From assembly GCA_951406725.2 (NCBI GenBank), contig OX597828.1, positions 10,416,001-10,480,000 of the forward strand: DNA of 64,000 nucleotides, in the 5' to 3' direction. Positions 28,295 through 41,854 of this stretch are shown here, one piece after another. Position 1 is the stretch's first letter. Every line of letters starts with the position of its first letter. The notes beneath the pieces are model-generated. The model saw nothing but the letters and a program-made list of their open reading frames with translations. It did not search any database and had not been told where the DNA came from. The translations under genes and the position numbers were made by a program. The stretch comes from Octopus vulgaris (Eukaryota).

Positions 28295-29654
28295 TGCTAT
28301 TTTCAACGCCATTTGTTTTCTCCTTCTTCACCTACGCCACAACGGCTACTAACCTAAGAGACGAATCTACGGTTTAAATTGAATTTGGTACTTACATATC
28401 TGCAGTATCCTACCAACACCACATGATGAATTAATTCTTGTTTACCTTACTGTGAACCCTATTTTATGGTACCCAGCCATTTCTGATGTCTTACGTGTTG
28501 CTGTGTCTAGATTCAATTCAACTGTTACAACTAGTTCACTTATGTGTACATATATATATGTGTGTGTGTATGCATATATGTATACATGAATGTAAGAAAT
28601 GATGACTATATTTGTGCGTTCGTGTGTCTAGGTGTACGTATTTTGCTTGTCATTGTATTATTTACACCACTACTGGTACCACTGGTAAGTCAGATGAAAC
28701 TAACATTGAAGTGACGTTTACAGGAATATCTTATCTAACAGTAGAGGTAACATCTTATCTGAGAGTATAGGTGGTATTTTTTAGTTCATGCCGCAGAATC
28801 TATGTACAAAATGGTGATGATAGTAACCCAAATGGTCGCATTATTAGGTTGTGAGAGTATCTTATACTATGAAGAACTGAGCCAGGGACAGACTTGTAGC
28901 AGTATATAGTAGAGGTTCTGTTGTATATGTGTGGGTTTTTGCAAATCATCAAGATTGTTTTCTACTATATATATTTTGGTTATTTTTATAGGTAAGAATG
29001 GAACTAGCAGAACAGTTTTATATATTATTGCTCCCTTCTTCTATATCCCGCACTATAGATTTACAACAAATATCAAATATCAATGTGGCCAACATTTGTA
29101 ATGATTTTAATATTTCACTTACTTTTTGTCTAATGCTATACAGGCTGGAATTAAAGATTAATTCCTTGGTAAGAGAGGGATGTTTTTTGAGACACGAGTA
29201 TAATTTCACCATGTAGGAATGTTTCATGGTCTCTATTCATGTGGTTTTACTGTTTAGGCATGACGTGTTAAAGACACATACGCTTGACATTTGTATGCAG
29301 AAGGCTAAACAGGAGTGAAAGTGGTATTATATGCATGGAATTTGCGTTGTTGGAGCTGACAAAATGTACTTAGCAAATTTACAAGGGTAAAGGTATCAGG
29401 GAAGTTCATAAATTGTAATGAAAACTTTTATTCTAAACAAGGTAAGATATAAATGTTGACTTTAATTAATGCATAGCAGCTGACTCACTTTTGTAATTCT
29501 AAATACATTTTGGTATCATTTCAGTAAATTTCCATCTAAATAAAATAAGAATAAATCTATTTTTTCATCTGCCAGAAAAAAATATCTGGTATATTTTAGA
29601 AAACAGTGAGACTGGAATTTATCCCATCTCACCTAGAAAATTATCAATCTAACC

Positions 29655-29985
29655 CAATGGTTCTCAACCGGGGTCAATATGACCCAAATAAGATTTCTGT
29701 AGGTAGCTGCATCAGAATAGTAAATTGGGGATCTTCAACAGTACTTTAATTATCCCTGAAAAAAAATTGCTTTCGATGTATGTATTAGTATATATAACAG
29801 GAAACACATATGTTTCTTTCTCTAACATACTTTAACCTCCACAAGTTGATGTGTTAAAAACAAAAAGGAATTTTGAAAAAGTTTCTATAAAACCAGTTTT
29901 TAAACATCGAATGATTATAGGGTCCACCTGAATAAAATAGTAATCGAAGGGATCCATAGATGAAAAAAATGGTCGAGAATCCCTG
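29655..29985. mobile_element. hAT (Charlie-like) MITE
   Basis: Imperfect TIRs caatggttctcaacc / ggtcgagaatccctg matching the CAGTGGTTCTCAACC-type hAT end, with subterminal ggggtc/gggtcc motifs. No clean 8-bp TSD. Confidence 0.7.
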
Positions 29986-30537
29986 TTAGATTTTAAAGAA
30001 TAGTAGAGATTCCAAAACTGTAATATCCGCAATCATCATATAAGCACACTAATATTTCTTTAAACTGTTTCTAGAACAGTAACGTCAGGAATGACTTACA
30101 AATCTCTGAATACATTTTCAACATTTCATTTTAAATATGTTTCTTTTTAAAAGAAAGGAACTATTCTTTCATAAGATATATACTGCCAGCAACGAAACAA
30201 CGGTATGATTTTACTAAGAATGTTGGAAAGTTCAGTAGCGTAGCATACAAAAGCTGTATAGGTATTCAGAGAACATCCTCGAAGGAGCAATAAATTTCGT
30301 AAGCGGCCATTTTGTTTGAATAATTGTAGGTAGTTGGAGATGATTTCCAATAAATCCAGCAAAACCGCTAGTCTACGTAGTTCAGTGACGTTTTATACAG
30401 GGCAATTAATTTTACTGCTAATGAGAGAGAAGTCTTAATTATTGGCACAGGTATTTTATATATCGAAATGTTCAACATGTCGCAATTACTCACAGAGTAA
30501 TTACATTTACTTCCAGTGGTAAATTAGAAGTATTTCT

Positions 30538-30580
<43 letters not shown>

Positions 30581-30685
30581 GGGGGGTGGGGTGCGAGTGT
30601 GTGTGTGAGTGTGTGTGTGTGTGCGAATATATATATGTATTTATCTATCTATCTATCAATCTATCTATCTATATATCGTTCAATC

Positions 30686-30735
<50 letters not shown>

Positions 30736-30827
30736 GAAAGATAGATAAATAGATAGACATATACGTATATATATGCATGTATGTATATATGAATGTGTAC
30801 CTATGTGTATACTTACATGACTATATA

Positions 30828-30872
<45 letters not shown>

Positions 30873-31267
30873 CCAACATGTATAATCTTATTTATGTTTG
30901 GATATATATAATTGTTTCTCTGTATCAGCTAGGTTTTCAGAATTTGGTTGTACATTGAATTAGCCTTAAAACTTTAAGTGTTACCTAGACAGTTGTAGCA
31001 CCGTATCCGTAACGTAATTACCAGAAGCAAACAATGTCACCCAAATTGTGATAGTTCTCTATACGTACAATGCAACAGATGGGTATCTATACAATTTCAA
31101 TCGGTGCTATGTCACACAAAACTTAAGCGTCTGTATACATTCATATATATATACGCACATATATTTATATATGGATTTTAGTTTGGCTGGGATCTTCTAT
31201 ATATGTGTGATTGTTAGATTTAAAGGTATAAAACCTTTATGTCTATAATTTGAAAATAAATACAATT

Positions 31268-31318
31268 CGGTGCTCCAGCATGGTTGCAGTCAAATGACTG
31301 AAACCAGTAAAAGAATAA
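31268..31318 (+). mobile_element. SINE family A, tail only
   Basis: cggtgctccagcatggttgcagtcaaatgactgaaaccagtaaaagaata. Confidence 0.8.
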
Positions 31319-31389
31319 TTTGAATTTGGTGAAGATAACCTATGATCCAAAATCTTAAATGTCGATCAATTAGCAATAATTAGGTACAT

Positions 31390-31760
31390 ACGTGACAGTG
31401 GTAAGTAGTTTTCGTTCTCAACAATATGGTTCTGGGTTCAGTCTCATTCCATGACACCTTCAGCAAGTGTCGTCTACTATAGCCTCGAGCTAACTGAAGT
31501 ATTGCGGGTGGATTTGGAAGACAGAAACTGACAGAAGCCCATCTTACATATGCGTGTGTCTTTGTTTCTCAATTTTACCAAGTCCACCGCTTCACAACTG
31601 ATGTCGGTGTGTTTACGTCCCATTACTTAGCGCTTCGACGAAAAAGACCGATAGAATAAATACCAAGCTTTAAAAAATAAGTACTAAGATCGATTCCTTC
31701 GACTAGCATTCTTCTAGGCAATGGTCTACTATAGCCGCATTCGAACGACTGAAAAATTTG
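31390..31760 (+). mobile_element. Diverged SINE family A, near full length
   Basis: gtggtaagtag..ggttctgggttcagtctca..gcaagtgtcgtctactatagcctcg..ggtgtgtttacgtcc..agaccgatagaataa. Confidence 0.82.
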
Positions 31761-32024
31761 GAAGTAAACATAAATCAAAATTAGCAAAAAAGAAACGGAT
31801 ATAAAATATAGAAATGAAATTCAGATGGATTAAATGTTAATATAACTGAAATATTAATAATTTTAAAAACTTAAATAATCTAATTTTAAATTCCATGATA
31901 TAAATAATAGTAACAATTCTTATAAAATATCAATTGCTAAATCTTGCAGTAAATCCAATAGTAATAACATTTCGAAGTTTAAGCAAAGAATGGAATAATA
32001 CAATCCGGTTGAATATATTAAAAT

Positions 32025-32215
32025 TCCCTTCGTATTTTGGTACAAGTCCTGCTAACTTGAGACTTGGGAAGTCAATTAAATCACCTGCAGTGCTCAACAG
32101 GTACTTCTTTTCATCGGAAAGGGTGAAAGGTAAAGCCGGCATCAGTGACATTATAATCCAGAGAATATGATCAGAAGATTATATCCGGTGCGGTAACTAT
32201 TCTTCCAGATCGTCG
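32025..32215 (-). mobile_element. Old SINE family B-related copy
   Basis: caggtacttc...gaaagggtgaaaggtaaagccggc is the degenerate reverse complement of the B core. Confidence 0.55.
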
Positions 32216-33394
32216 CTTTATTTGGGTATATTATACATATTAAGTATACCGGACCTAGGAGGCAAACATATCCTATTAAAATAGGGTGCACTAATCATCA
32301 CACCATTTATAAGAGAAATATTTTAAAAAGTTCTTCTAAATAAACGTAAATACCTGAACGTTCATTAAATAATTTTATTCCATCTTTTGGATTTGGAAGT
32401 AAGGATACTCAGTCACTCCACGATACAAAATTTCACTACTGGTGGATTAATATGTTTCATTGATCTTCTTATCTAAGAGCTCATTTGTAAGAGATATACA
32501 AATCTGACTATACTTTCCTTTTATTTCATTTTATCCATAATATCTGTGTTGGTTCTTTTATTTTTGCATTTGGTAAAATCACAACCCAGCATCATGATTT
32601 TATTCAGTTATCATTTGAGCAGGCACTTGGTTAATGCATGCATTTTCTCAGATATGCAGTTTACAAAAACTAGAAATATGTTAACACATGTTTATGTCGA
32701 TTCCCTTTAAAGATCGAGTTTATTACTATGACCGTTTCTGTGACAGTTTTACTTTAAATGTCAGGAACCTTTTATTTTTCGAGTTTCATTATCTGCTTGA
32801 GAAGATCAACCATACTATCTGATATTATGAGTACTGACTGTGTAAATACATTTTGATATATAATCTTATTACGGAGAACCCTTAACAGTCATATCATTTA
32901 TTGTCTCGTTTAGTCTTCGTTTATTATTTCATCTACGTTCGCAATAACTTAGCGTGATTTATATTCATGAATACCTAAATATTTGTATCATCCATACCGT
33001 GGAAAAAAAGATATATTAGTAGACCAATGTAACAGACGTTTGTTCGATACAGTTTTCTTTCTCCTTCGATACTCAGGTATCGACAATTTTAAAGTCTCAT
33101 TCTATAGCTATGTTCTCAGAAACTTTGCACGTTTAAATACTTCAAGCATAGAAGACCGGATCCTTCACAAGGTACTTATGCGTTCCATTAGCGTCTTTTG
33201 CTATTCTAAAACCCATGACATAACCAGTGAAAGTAAAATTTCATGACAGGGAATTTCGTGATAAAACAAAGAGAAAGCAACCCTCGAGTAATATTCCTTT
33301 TGGAATACTTATAACATTGGAGATAACCATTCAACCTTCAGTTCTCCATAGAAAAATTGAAATCAGGTGATCGTGATTTGATAGTATGTATGTT

Positions 33395-33445
<51 letters not shown>

Positions 33446-33692
33446 TTCCTAACGCCTAACATATAACATCGTATGAATATGAGATTCCCTACAACCCTTC
33501 GCCAAAAACAACCATATCCTTCAGTAATAAACATATTCCTTTTCAAGCAATTAGCATTCTCTTCTAATAATCTAAAAACTGCACATGGTATTTTGCAGTG
33601 AGAGTGAACTGGTAAACATTAGGCTTCGAAGTAACTTCTTAGTATACATACATTTGTTTCTGAGTCCTTACTTGTAAAAATATATATATATA

Positions 33693-33876
33693 GCCATGAT
33701 AGATCGGTAGCCACTACACACGTTGTTTTGTCTCCTTTCTGTTTTCTTTTCTGTGGAAGAGCGTAGGCTCGAAACGTAAAAGACTTCTTTCAATTCGTGA
33801 GAGTTATACTAATACATCTGTTTGTTTTCTACAGCACCTGTCTTCGTCTTTTGTTTTTTTTTTCGTGAATTCTCCT
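33693..33876 (+). mobile_element. (TA)n-flanked short element with hammerhead-like core; Penelope-like pLTR fragment
   Basis: ctgtggaa-GAGC-gtag-GCTC-GAAAC-GT-A at 33751-33778, with (TA)n on both sides. Confidence 0.5.
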
Positions 33877-34594
33877 TATATATATATATATATATAATCT
33901 ACATTGCACACACATGCAAGGAAGGATGTGTGTATTAGCATGTGTGATTGTGCTGAGATTTAGTTATTAACTGTGATGGACCATTTTACGTCAACATATT
34001 AAAAATCAAACTAATCAATGAATTAACCCTTGCAGCAAAGATAAATATATATTTTGCGTATGCGTATCTGTGTGCATCTGTGTACACACACTCGCATAGA
34101 TACATACCTATTACATATATACATATATATCTAAATACATTTCTGTGTGTATTTATATACGTGTATATGTGTATTCATGCAGGAAAAAAAAAAACTTAAT
34201 CTTTCTTCATATTAATCAGTGTTCAGCCATCGGCAATTAGAGGTCAATTCCCTTCAAGATTGAATATATTAATGATAATCCCCGCCACCTTCGTCGTTCG
34301 AATCAACATCCTGAATTAATATATCTAAAATAGAAATAATTTTCTTTTTTTCCTTTTTCTTAAATTCAGAAACTTCAAATTATGTTAATATTGTTCAAAA
34401 CCTTTCAGCTTTTATAAATTATTTCGGTAGATGTGTTAAACATTTCCTTCACCAACGCCTTTGCATACGTTTACTTTTATATAATTCTTGGCGCCTTCTT
34501 TCATTTTTAGCCCATGCGTGTGTATTTATGTGCATCTGTCTACGTGTGAGTGTGAGCAGTATTTTATTGTATGAAATTATATTTTATTTCTTAC

Positions 34595-34616
34595 CTGTTT
34601 ATCTCGCACAGGTAAA
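34595..34616 (-). CDS. Candidate 22-nt microexon
   Basis: Minus strand tatttctatttcAG|tttacctgtgcgagataaacag|GTAAGA. Two frames are open (LPVRDKQ or YLCEIN). Confidence 0.4.
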
Positions 34617-35067
34617 CTGAAATAGAAATATTTGGAAATATTTTACTCCTTTTCTGATTAAATTTTGTTTTACAGATGCAAATTGCAAAAAAAGTGATTC
34701 ATTTTTTTTTTCTCTCTGATTCATGATCAAATAGTTGCGAAGCAGTACGTTCCAAATCTTATGGATATTCATAACATTGAATTCATGAAATTTTAATAAG
34801 TAAAAGGAATTTGACTTCTGCAAATACATTGAGACTCAAAATTTGGTTAGTAGATATGCACGCGAGTGCTGTGTCTGGAGACATTCGATTTCGAATATTG
34901 TTCGAGCGTAAAAAATTGTCAACATATGCGTATATGTATATGTATGAGTGTGTGTTTGTACCTGTGTGTGTATTTACGTATACGTATGTTAAATATGTAT
35001 ATATATAAAATGTATGCATGCATATATAAATAAATATATATATATATATACATATAAATACACACAT

Positions 35068-35212
35068 AAGTGGATGTGTGGTAAGAAGATTGCTTCCAAA
35101 CCACATGCTTCCGGGATCAGTCCCACCGTGTGGCACCTTAGGCAAGTGTCTGCTATTATAGCCTCGGGGCGATCGAAGCCTTGTTGTAGAGGGAAACTGG
35201 AAGAAGCCCGTC

Positions 35213-35254
<42 letters not shown>

Positions 35255-35497
35255 GTATACATATATATGTATATGTATATGTATATATGTGTGTGTGTGC
35301 TTGTGTGTATTGTGTGTGTGCCTGAGTTTGTCTCCCCACCATCGCTTGACAACCGATGTTGGTGTGTTTATGACCCCGTAACCTCGCGGTTCGGCAAAAG
35401 TGGCCGATAGAGTAAGTCTGAGGTCGGTTTGTTCGACGAAAGGTGGTGCCGGTGCCTGGCCGCAGTCAAATAACTGAAACTAGTAAAAGACTAAAGC
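35068..35497 (+). mobile_element. SINE family A, near full length
   Basis: gtggatgtgtggtaagaag..tcagtcccaccgtgtggcacc..(TA)n/(TG)n..actgaaactagtaaaaga. Confidence 0.9.
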
Positions 35498-36438
35498 AAT
35501 ACAAGGATACATACATGTACGTACACACGCACACACATATATATCAGAAAAGAATATTCATCGTCTCTCGCTAACTAGTAGTTCTATCTTCCTGTTGCTA
35601 AATTCAAATTTATCACAACTCCCTTACCACTGAATGAAGCAAAAGACAGAATCACATTCAGTAATTATAGAGAAACAACATTGAGGTTAATTACTTAGGC
35701 TTTAAGAACGACGGCTAAGTCTGCTGTAACATAAATTTACTGAATGTTAAAAATAAACTTCGAGGACTGCTTATCTCAACTCCTATTTAGAAATACAGGG
35801 GCTGCTAAAAATTCTAGACCTGTTATGATCTGATTAGACCTCGTCACCTAAATTTTTGTTCAATTAATTTTACTCGAAAGCATACACATTATTCTGTGTG
35901 AAATATTTTAGACCTTATAAAAAATGGTTAACTAAAAAGCAATTGCAGTTATAATGTAGGTTTGAGGAAATTGTTGCTTTAATAAATGACATTATACTTA
36001 AGATAGGTAATTTGTAAAGAGTAAAGTGCATTGAAGCTATTAGTGTGATTGTAAGGAAAAGGAATCAAAAGTTCCAGGTGCTCACACACCTACATATTTG
36101 TAGATGAATGTGCGTGCGCGAGCATGTGTGTGTTGTGTATTTATGTATAAGCACGCTTGTACAGTCTCATGAACACATATGTGTATATATATTTACACAT
36201 TAATGCATTATTGCACACCTGCCATACACACGCAAGCTGAATCACTCTCACACAGATATACACCTAGACACGTTCACAAACACAAAGAGATATTAGAGGT
36301 AAGTGTAAAGAGATGTAGACACGTAACTAAAGAAGAAGGAGGGAAAGTGAGACACAGAGGTTGAGGAACAGGATGCGAGAAATAACGTGTGTGAAGGTTG
36401 GGAGGATTGTGAAGGGAGACAGGATTATTTTAACTTAC

Positions 36439-36461
36439 CTCCAAATATAACGAAGACAAAC
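36439..36461 (-). CDS. Candidate 23-nt microexon
   Basis: Minus strand tatctttcAG|gtttgtcttcgttatatttggag|GTAAGT, a consensus donor; the pyrimidine tract is short. Confidence 0.4.
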
Positions 36462-36977
36462 CTGAAAGATATTTTTGATATTTTACTTGAATATAGAACA
36501 CTTGTCAATCAATCAATTTCCTTCAAGCACTGTCAAAGTATCATTGTATTTTTAACATGAGTTCTTTGCCCTAGACTTTGCTCTATATATACATATATAG
36601 ATATGTCTCTCCCTCTATGTATCAATCTATCTTTCTCTGTATGTATGTATGTATGTATGTATGTATGTATGTATGTATGTATAAATGTATATGTGTGTTG
36701 TGTGCGTGTTTGTGTGTGTGTTGTTTATTTATAATCTGTTTCCCCAGCTGATTGCAGTTACATTTGATTTCTCGGATGATTATTCCTGATGTTGTAGTTG
36801 TCATGTTAGTGCTTTGTGTTGCTGTTGTTGTTGCCGGTACTGGCTTTTATTTACCTATTTATTGTTTTACGCTTAAGTGACACAAACATTGAAATTCATA
36901 CAGATTACATTCTTCATACAGTTATGATATATACACTAGCATATAAAACCCCATTTACTGGAATAGTTACGCGTTCA

Positions 36978-37081
<104 letters not shown>

Positions 37082-37226
37082 CAGACAACAAACATACATA
37101 TTCACTGTCAGACATCTACGTAGATATAGTTAAATGGATAGATAGGTAGATAGATAGATAGATAGATACATAGATACATACATACATACATATATACATA
37201 CATACATACATACATACATACATACA

Positions 37227-37260
<34 letters not shown>

Positions 37261-37484
37261 CAAACACATGTACAATTACTTACATATACAGTCTTGGCTG
37301 GTTGGCTGAGAAGCGCATTTCGCAACCACGTTGTCTCGGCTGCAGTCACACAGTACGTCATTTTTGGCTAGCGTTCTCCCCTTAAAACCTTTCACGTAGC
37401 AATTACATAGACGAAGACTCTTCGGAAATCCAATCCACAGCTTAAGCTACATGTGTTGTCCAGGTAGTTGATAGTAGTAGACGT

Positions 37485-37900
37485 TCATACCATAACCAGG
37501 GCATGACAAGGGTCTACACAATTTGTTACTTGTATTATTTGTTTCTCCGATGAGACTTTAGCCTTTGTCAGAAGTCTCTTGAGAATTAGTGGCTTTCTTT
37601 GGTTCTTGATGATTCGTGTTGTTTCAGTTAATTGATTTGTGTTGTGATAATTGATAGAACCGGGGGCGGGATATCGTTGATGTAGTTTGTTGTGGATCCT
37701 AGGATTATGAATATCTTCAAATGGACTAGTTATATTTGTATTTTCGGTTCACCCTTAACATGTTCGTTTCTCTGTGAGGTATAGATCGCGATTTCTTTTG
37801 CTTTAGTTGCGGAGTTATTAAATTTTGAGGTATTTCGGTTCTTGAAGGAACATATTGGATTCTACCTATCGTTTCTCTCGTCTATACGTATCTGTAACTA
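37485..37900 (-). mobile_element. Penelope-like element ORF fragment (RT-to-GIY-YIG linker)
   Basis: Minus-strand translation HNPRI...TETTRIIKNQRKPLILKRLLTKAK...VTNCVDPC resembles the HNP..KSxRQPxNLKxxLT..KC..P.C linker of Penelope ORFs; many stops. Confidence 0.65.
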
Positions 37901-37959
37901 CTGAACAGGTGTGTCTTTCCATATTCAATAATATTATCGTTTTGCATGTTACATCTGGA

Positions 37960-38220
37960 ATTTATTAAACGGTGACAACTCCTATATTTCACTACGAAAA
38001 GCAAGCCAACCACAATAACAATGGAGAAACAAACGATAAAAAAGCACCAAGCAAAAGAAAAACTACCATGAAGAAACGAAAGCTTCAAGAGAGAAAACGT
38101 TTTTCTTAGAAATACAGCTCTCCCAACAAAACCGACGGAAAACAATAATGGTGCAAAAGTCACGAAAATATTGGATCAAATGACCGAAAAGTAATCAACC
38201 TTTCAAAGGGAAGCCTCGTA
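37960..38220 (+). mobile_element. Possible Penelope-like ORF N-terminal fragment
   Basis: Basic segment KKRKLQERKRFLRN followed, after a frameshift, by KVINLSK, like the VxNLS motif preceding PLE reverse transcriptases. Confidence 0.4.
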
Positions 38221-38298
38221 AAAATGAAACAAAACTTGGGAATATGGATATATGCGCATGCATATATGTGCATGCACGGGTATCACTGTGTTTATGTT

Positions 38299-38818
38299 CT
38301 GTAAATCCTCGAATATAATCCGCACTTTTTCCCAAAAATTTAAAGGTCAAAATCCCTAGTGCGTACTATATACGAGGTTAAAAATGAATAATATTTTCTC
38401 AGCAACGTCCGAGTCTCTATTTGCAGTCTGGCAATGTTTATTCAGACACATTTTGTGATGTCGGGTGCGAAGATATCTTAAGCTAAGCTTGAAAGCAATG
38501 AAGTCATAAAATAATCATACATAACTTGCTGTAAGCAACATTTATTAGAATAAAAGTATTCAGAACACAGAATAACATGTAACAAAAACAACTTGCAAGC
38601 ATATTTACATTCCCATATAACAGTTAGGAATATCGCCATTATCGTATTATGCATGTGCGGAAGTGTTTGTTCGACTAGGTGCTACGGGCTTAATTACGCA
38701 CGACTCAAGTTAGAGAAGGGGTACGTATTATACACAAGGTTTAGGTCTTTCAGAGTTCAGCCCCTAAAAATCCCCTGCATATTATACTCAAGGGCGGACT
38801 ATACTCGAGGATTTACGG
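38299..38818. mobile_element. Tc2/pogo-type MITE, 520 bp
   Basis: TIRs ctgtaaatcctcgaatataatccgc / gcggactatactcgaggatttacgg followed by TA, with subterminal tatacNcRag repeats at both ends. Confidence 0.85.
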
Positions 38819-38976
38819 TATAATGCTTATAGATTACCTACACTAAAATGATAATATCAGATAGTGTGCCCCCTCAATTTATTCTGTGTCAGGTCTTCAT
38901 GTTTTTAAATTTGTAGATGCATAAAAAAATCATAGCAGTTGATGTGCTTCGTGTACACGAAGGTATATATGTCCGT

Positions 38977-39014
<38 letters not shown>

Positions 39015-39939
39015 CTGCAAATATAAGTATATTTTCTAAATTTTCGGGCACATACACATGACCATAAGTAAGTGAGGTCATGCGTATTCACGCGCGCGGG
39101 CTTGCGCTTTTGCTTCTTTGTGCACGCATGCATGTATATCTTTGCATGTCTTCTTTCGTAACGAGTGCATTCATTTATATGTGTGCTAATACACGTGAAT
39201 GTGCAATATCTTACAATTGTTAATTCAGGTTTATTGCTACTTCAATAATGCTCAGAAAAATCCCAAATGTAATTTGCATTTACATGTCTGTATATATAAT
39301 GCATTTTATTGTTTCTGGGTTTCATTCTCATTCGGTAACTAAATCGACTGTTTTATTTCTTTATATATTTATCATTGTTGGTGATCTATTGTTTTCCCCC
39401 TACGGATCGTTCATTTTTGATTAATCCACTCTTCTTTCTGATTAATATGGAGCCTCGTAAAACGCTAAATGTATTTGACTGTTTCAAAAAGATATTATAG
39501 GGCTATACTCTGTATAACATGCACATATTTGTGGAATTATACTGATTGTATTGTATTTTTTCGACATATATGGGGATCACCCATGAAGCACTTATACATT
39601 ACTGGCAATACTCGGTTTACGTACTTAAAGCTGCAGTTATGGATTCATAGAAATATTTCAGGGCTTTTAGTCTAACGGATTCTATTTCTATGCAATGATC
39701 GTCTCTTAGTCCCATTTGCAATGTCAATCCCTTTTACATTCCTTCATTCATTAGGCTTGTATGTATGTCTGTGTGCGTGCGTGTGTGTGTGCTTGTGTAC
39801 ATGCGTATGCGTGAGCTTGTGTGTGTGTATGAATTTGTCTTTGTGTGAATTTGTGTGTGAGTGTGTCAATACTTGCGTGAACAAGTACAACACCTGTTTC
39901 TGTGGAGGTGTTCTATAATGGATGTGTTTCATCTAATGT

Positions 39940-40220
39940 CACTGTCACTGTGACCGACCAGGCTATCAGATGTTGCTACACATCGCTGGTCACAATGCGC
40001 TTCGCATTGTTTTAGCCTTCAAATGACGCCAACAGAGGAAATAATAAGAGAAAATTGTGGCGAAAGAGTACAGCAGGGATTGCCACAACCCCCTGCGCCG
40101 GAGGCTTGTTGAGATTTAGATTCGCTCAATAAATACTCACAACGCCCGGTCTGAGAATCGAAACCACAATCCTACGACCGCGAGTCCGCTGCCCTAACAA
40201 CTAGGCCATTGCGCTTCCAC
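39940..40220 (-). mobile_element. SINE family C2 (same tRNA-Arg-like head as C1, different tail) with TSD
   Basis: Minus head ggaagcgcaatggcctagttgttagggcagcggactcgcggtcg..ggtttcgattctcagaccggg; tail ends (cagtga)n. TSD tcatctaatgt (39929-39939) / tcatctgatgt (40221-40231). Confidence 0.85.
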
Positions 40221-40519
40221 TCATCTGATGTAATGCTTTTTTATGCGGTGAGTGTTGTTTAATATTCTCTATATTGTGTTGCTGGCTACGTTTAAATTCC
40301 AGCGATTATAGATATAATTAATTCCAGCATTCGCGTATAACTGAGGCAAGCATTTGTATATACAGTTTTCTGTTTCCTGTATCGATAAAAATTTTCTGTA
40401 TATTCAAATTTAGAGTTAAATTTGCGGTAGGTTTATTTGCACGGTTAATTTGAAAATGGTCACTGAAAATATTTCGTATATCCTTTCCAATTCCTTATAT
40501 TTTGTATGCCCTTTCTAAT

Positions 40520-41191
40520 TCTTTGTAAATGGACGATATCGTCATCAACGCTTAAGATGCAAACAAGGGTGAGGAGGTATCATGATTTGGGCAGGTATTA
40601 TTGGACGTATTATGGTCTTTGGAAGGTGCCTGGCGGTGTTAAAATGACCGTGTATGCTTATATAAACTTTCCGATTGGAGCACCTTGAACCTTGGTTAAA
40701 AAAGCAAAAGATCACCTTCAAGACAATCATTAGATTTACGCAAGATAATGCGCCCTCGCACTCAGCGAAGAAAGCAAAATACAGATTAATTGCAACAATT
40801 AGGCTTCTATGGACCTCGGAAGATGAAGTTTGCCTGTCTGCTCCCTAACCTTAAACCCAATAGAAAACTTGTTGACTATTCTAATGAGACAGGTTTTAGA
40901 TAATGAATGCCAATTTAGGAGCAAAGATAAACTGTGAGATGTAATAGTGAAGCATCTCATGTATTAACATGAAAGGAGACAAAAAAGTAGCTTGTTCCAG
41001 AGACCAGCGCGTTTACCAAATCATCTCAAACAAAGGCTAATATATCCCCTACAAACTAGCTCACCTGTAATTTTTGATCGCTTTTTATTAGTTATTTTTA
41101 TTTCTTCTATGAGTGCATGTGTTCATCTCAGTACGATCACACAATTAATTTGGATTTTCTTGTTTACACGAGTTTTAATTACACCTCTCTG
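40520..41191 (+). mobile_element. Degenerate Tc1-like (DDE) transposon, 3' part
   Basis: GGIMIWAGIIG, FTQDNAPSHSAK and CSPNL.PIENL motifs, with stops and frameshifts. Confidence 0.82.
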
Positions 41192-41397
41192 GAAATTTGA
41201 AGCAGGGTAAGATGATGTAAATTTAGTAAATGGCTGTAGTTTCTGTGTTCTTTTGCAGAACCCCACGCTTTTTAAACATGCAGGGAAGCGCATAGAATTG
41301 TTGCCAACATTCTTTGAAAATTCTGTTGAATTCTAGCAAGTAGTCTTCAAATAAAATAATAAAAAAATATTTATGTCGTTAATATTCGAAACACAGG

Positions 41398-41443
<46 letters not shown>

Positions 41444-41854
41444 TATATATATATATACATGCACATACCTATATGCATACATACATATACTATATCTTGT
41501 ATATTGTAAACGTATGTATTTATTTTCTCAATGCTTCTATAACCTTTAGGCTCCAACTTCTCATAAGCTAATATGCAATTAAATGCTTCCTGATGTGCAC
41601 ATTTCCTGTTTCTTAAATTCCCTCTATCGTTTTGTCATATCATGTATGAAACCCCCGTTCTCCTACACTTACTTCTCTGTCTTTTCTTTATCGATCAGTT
41701 ACCATCGATCATTCATTATGTCTATCTTCGTTTGAAGCATCTACTTGATCATCTATTTAGCTTTCTATTTCAGTTTGATTCTAGTCCTCAGCCTAACTTT
41801 CTCTTCCTCGTAATATTTTACATTATTTTAACATTTTCATTGACATTCTTTTTT

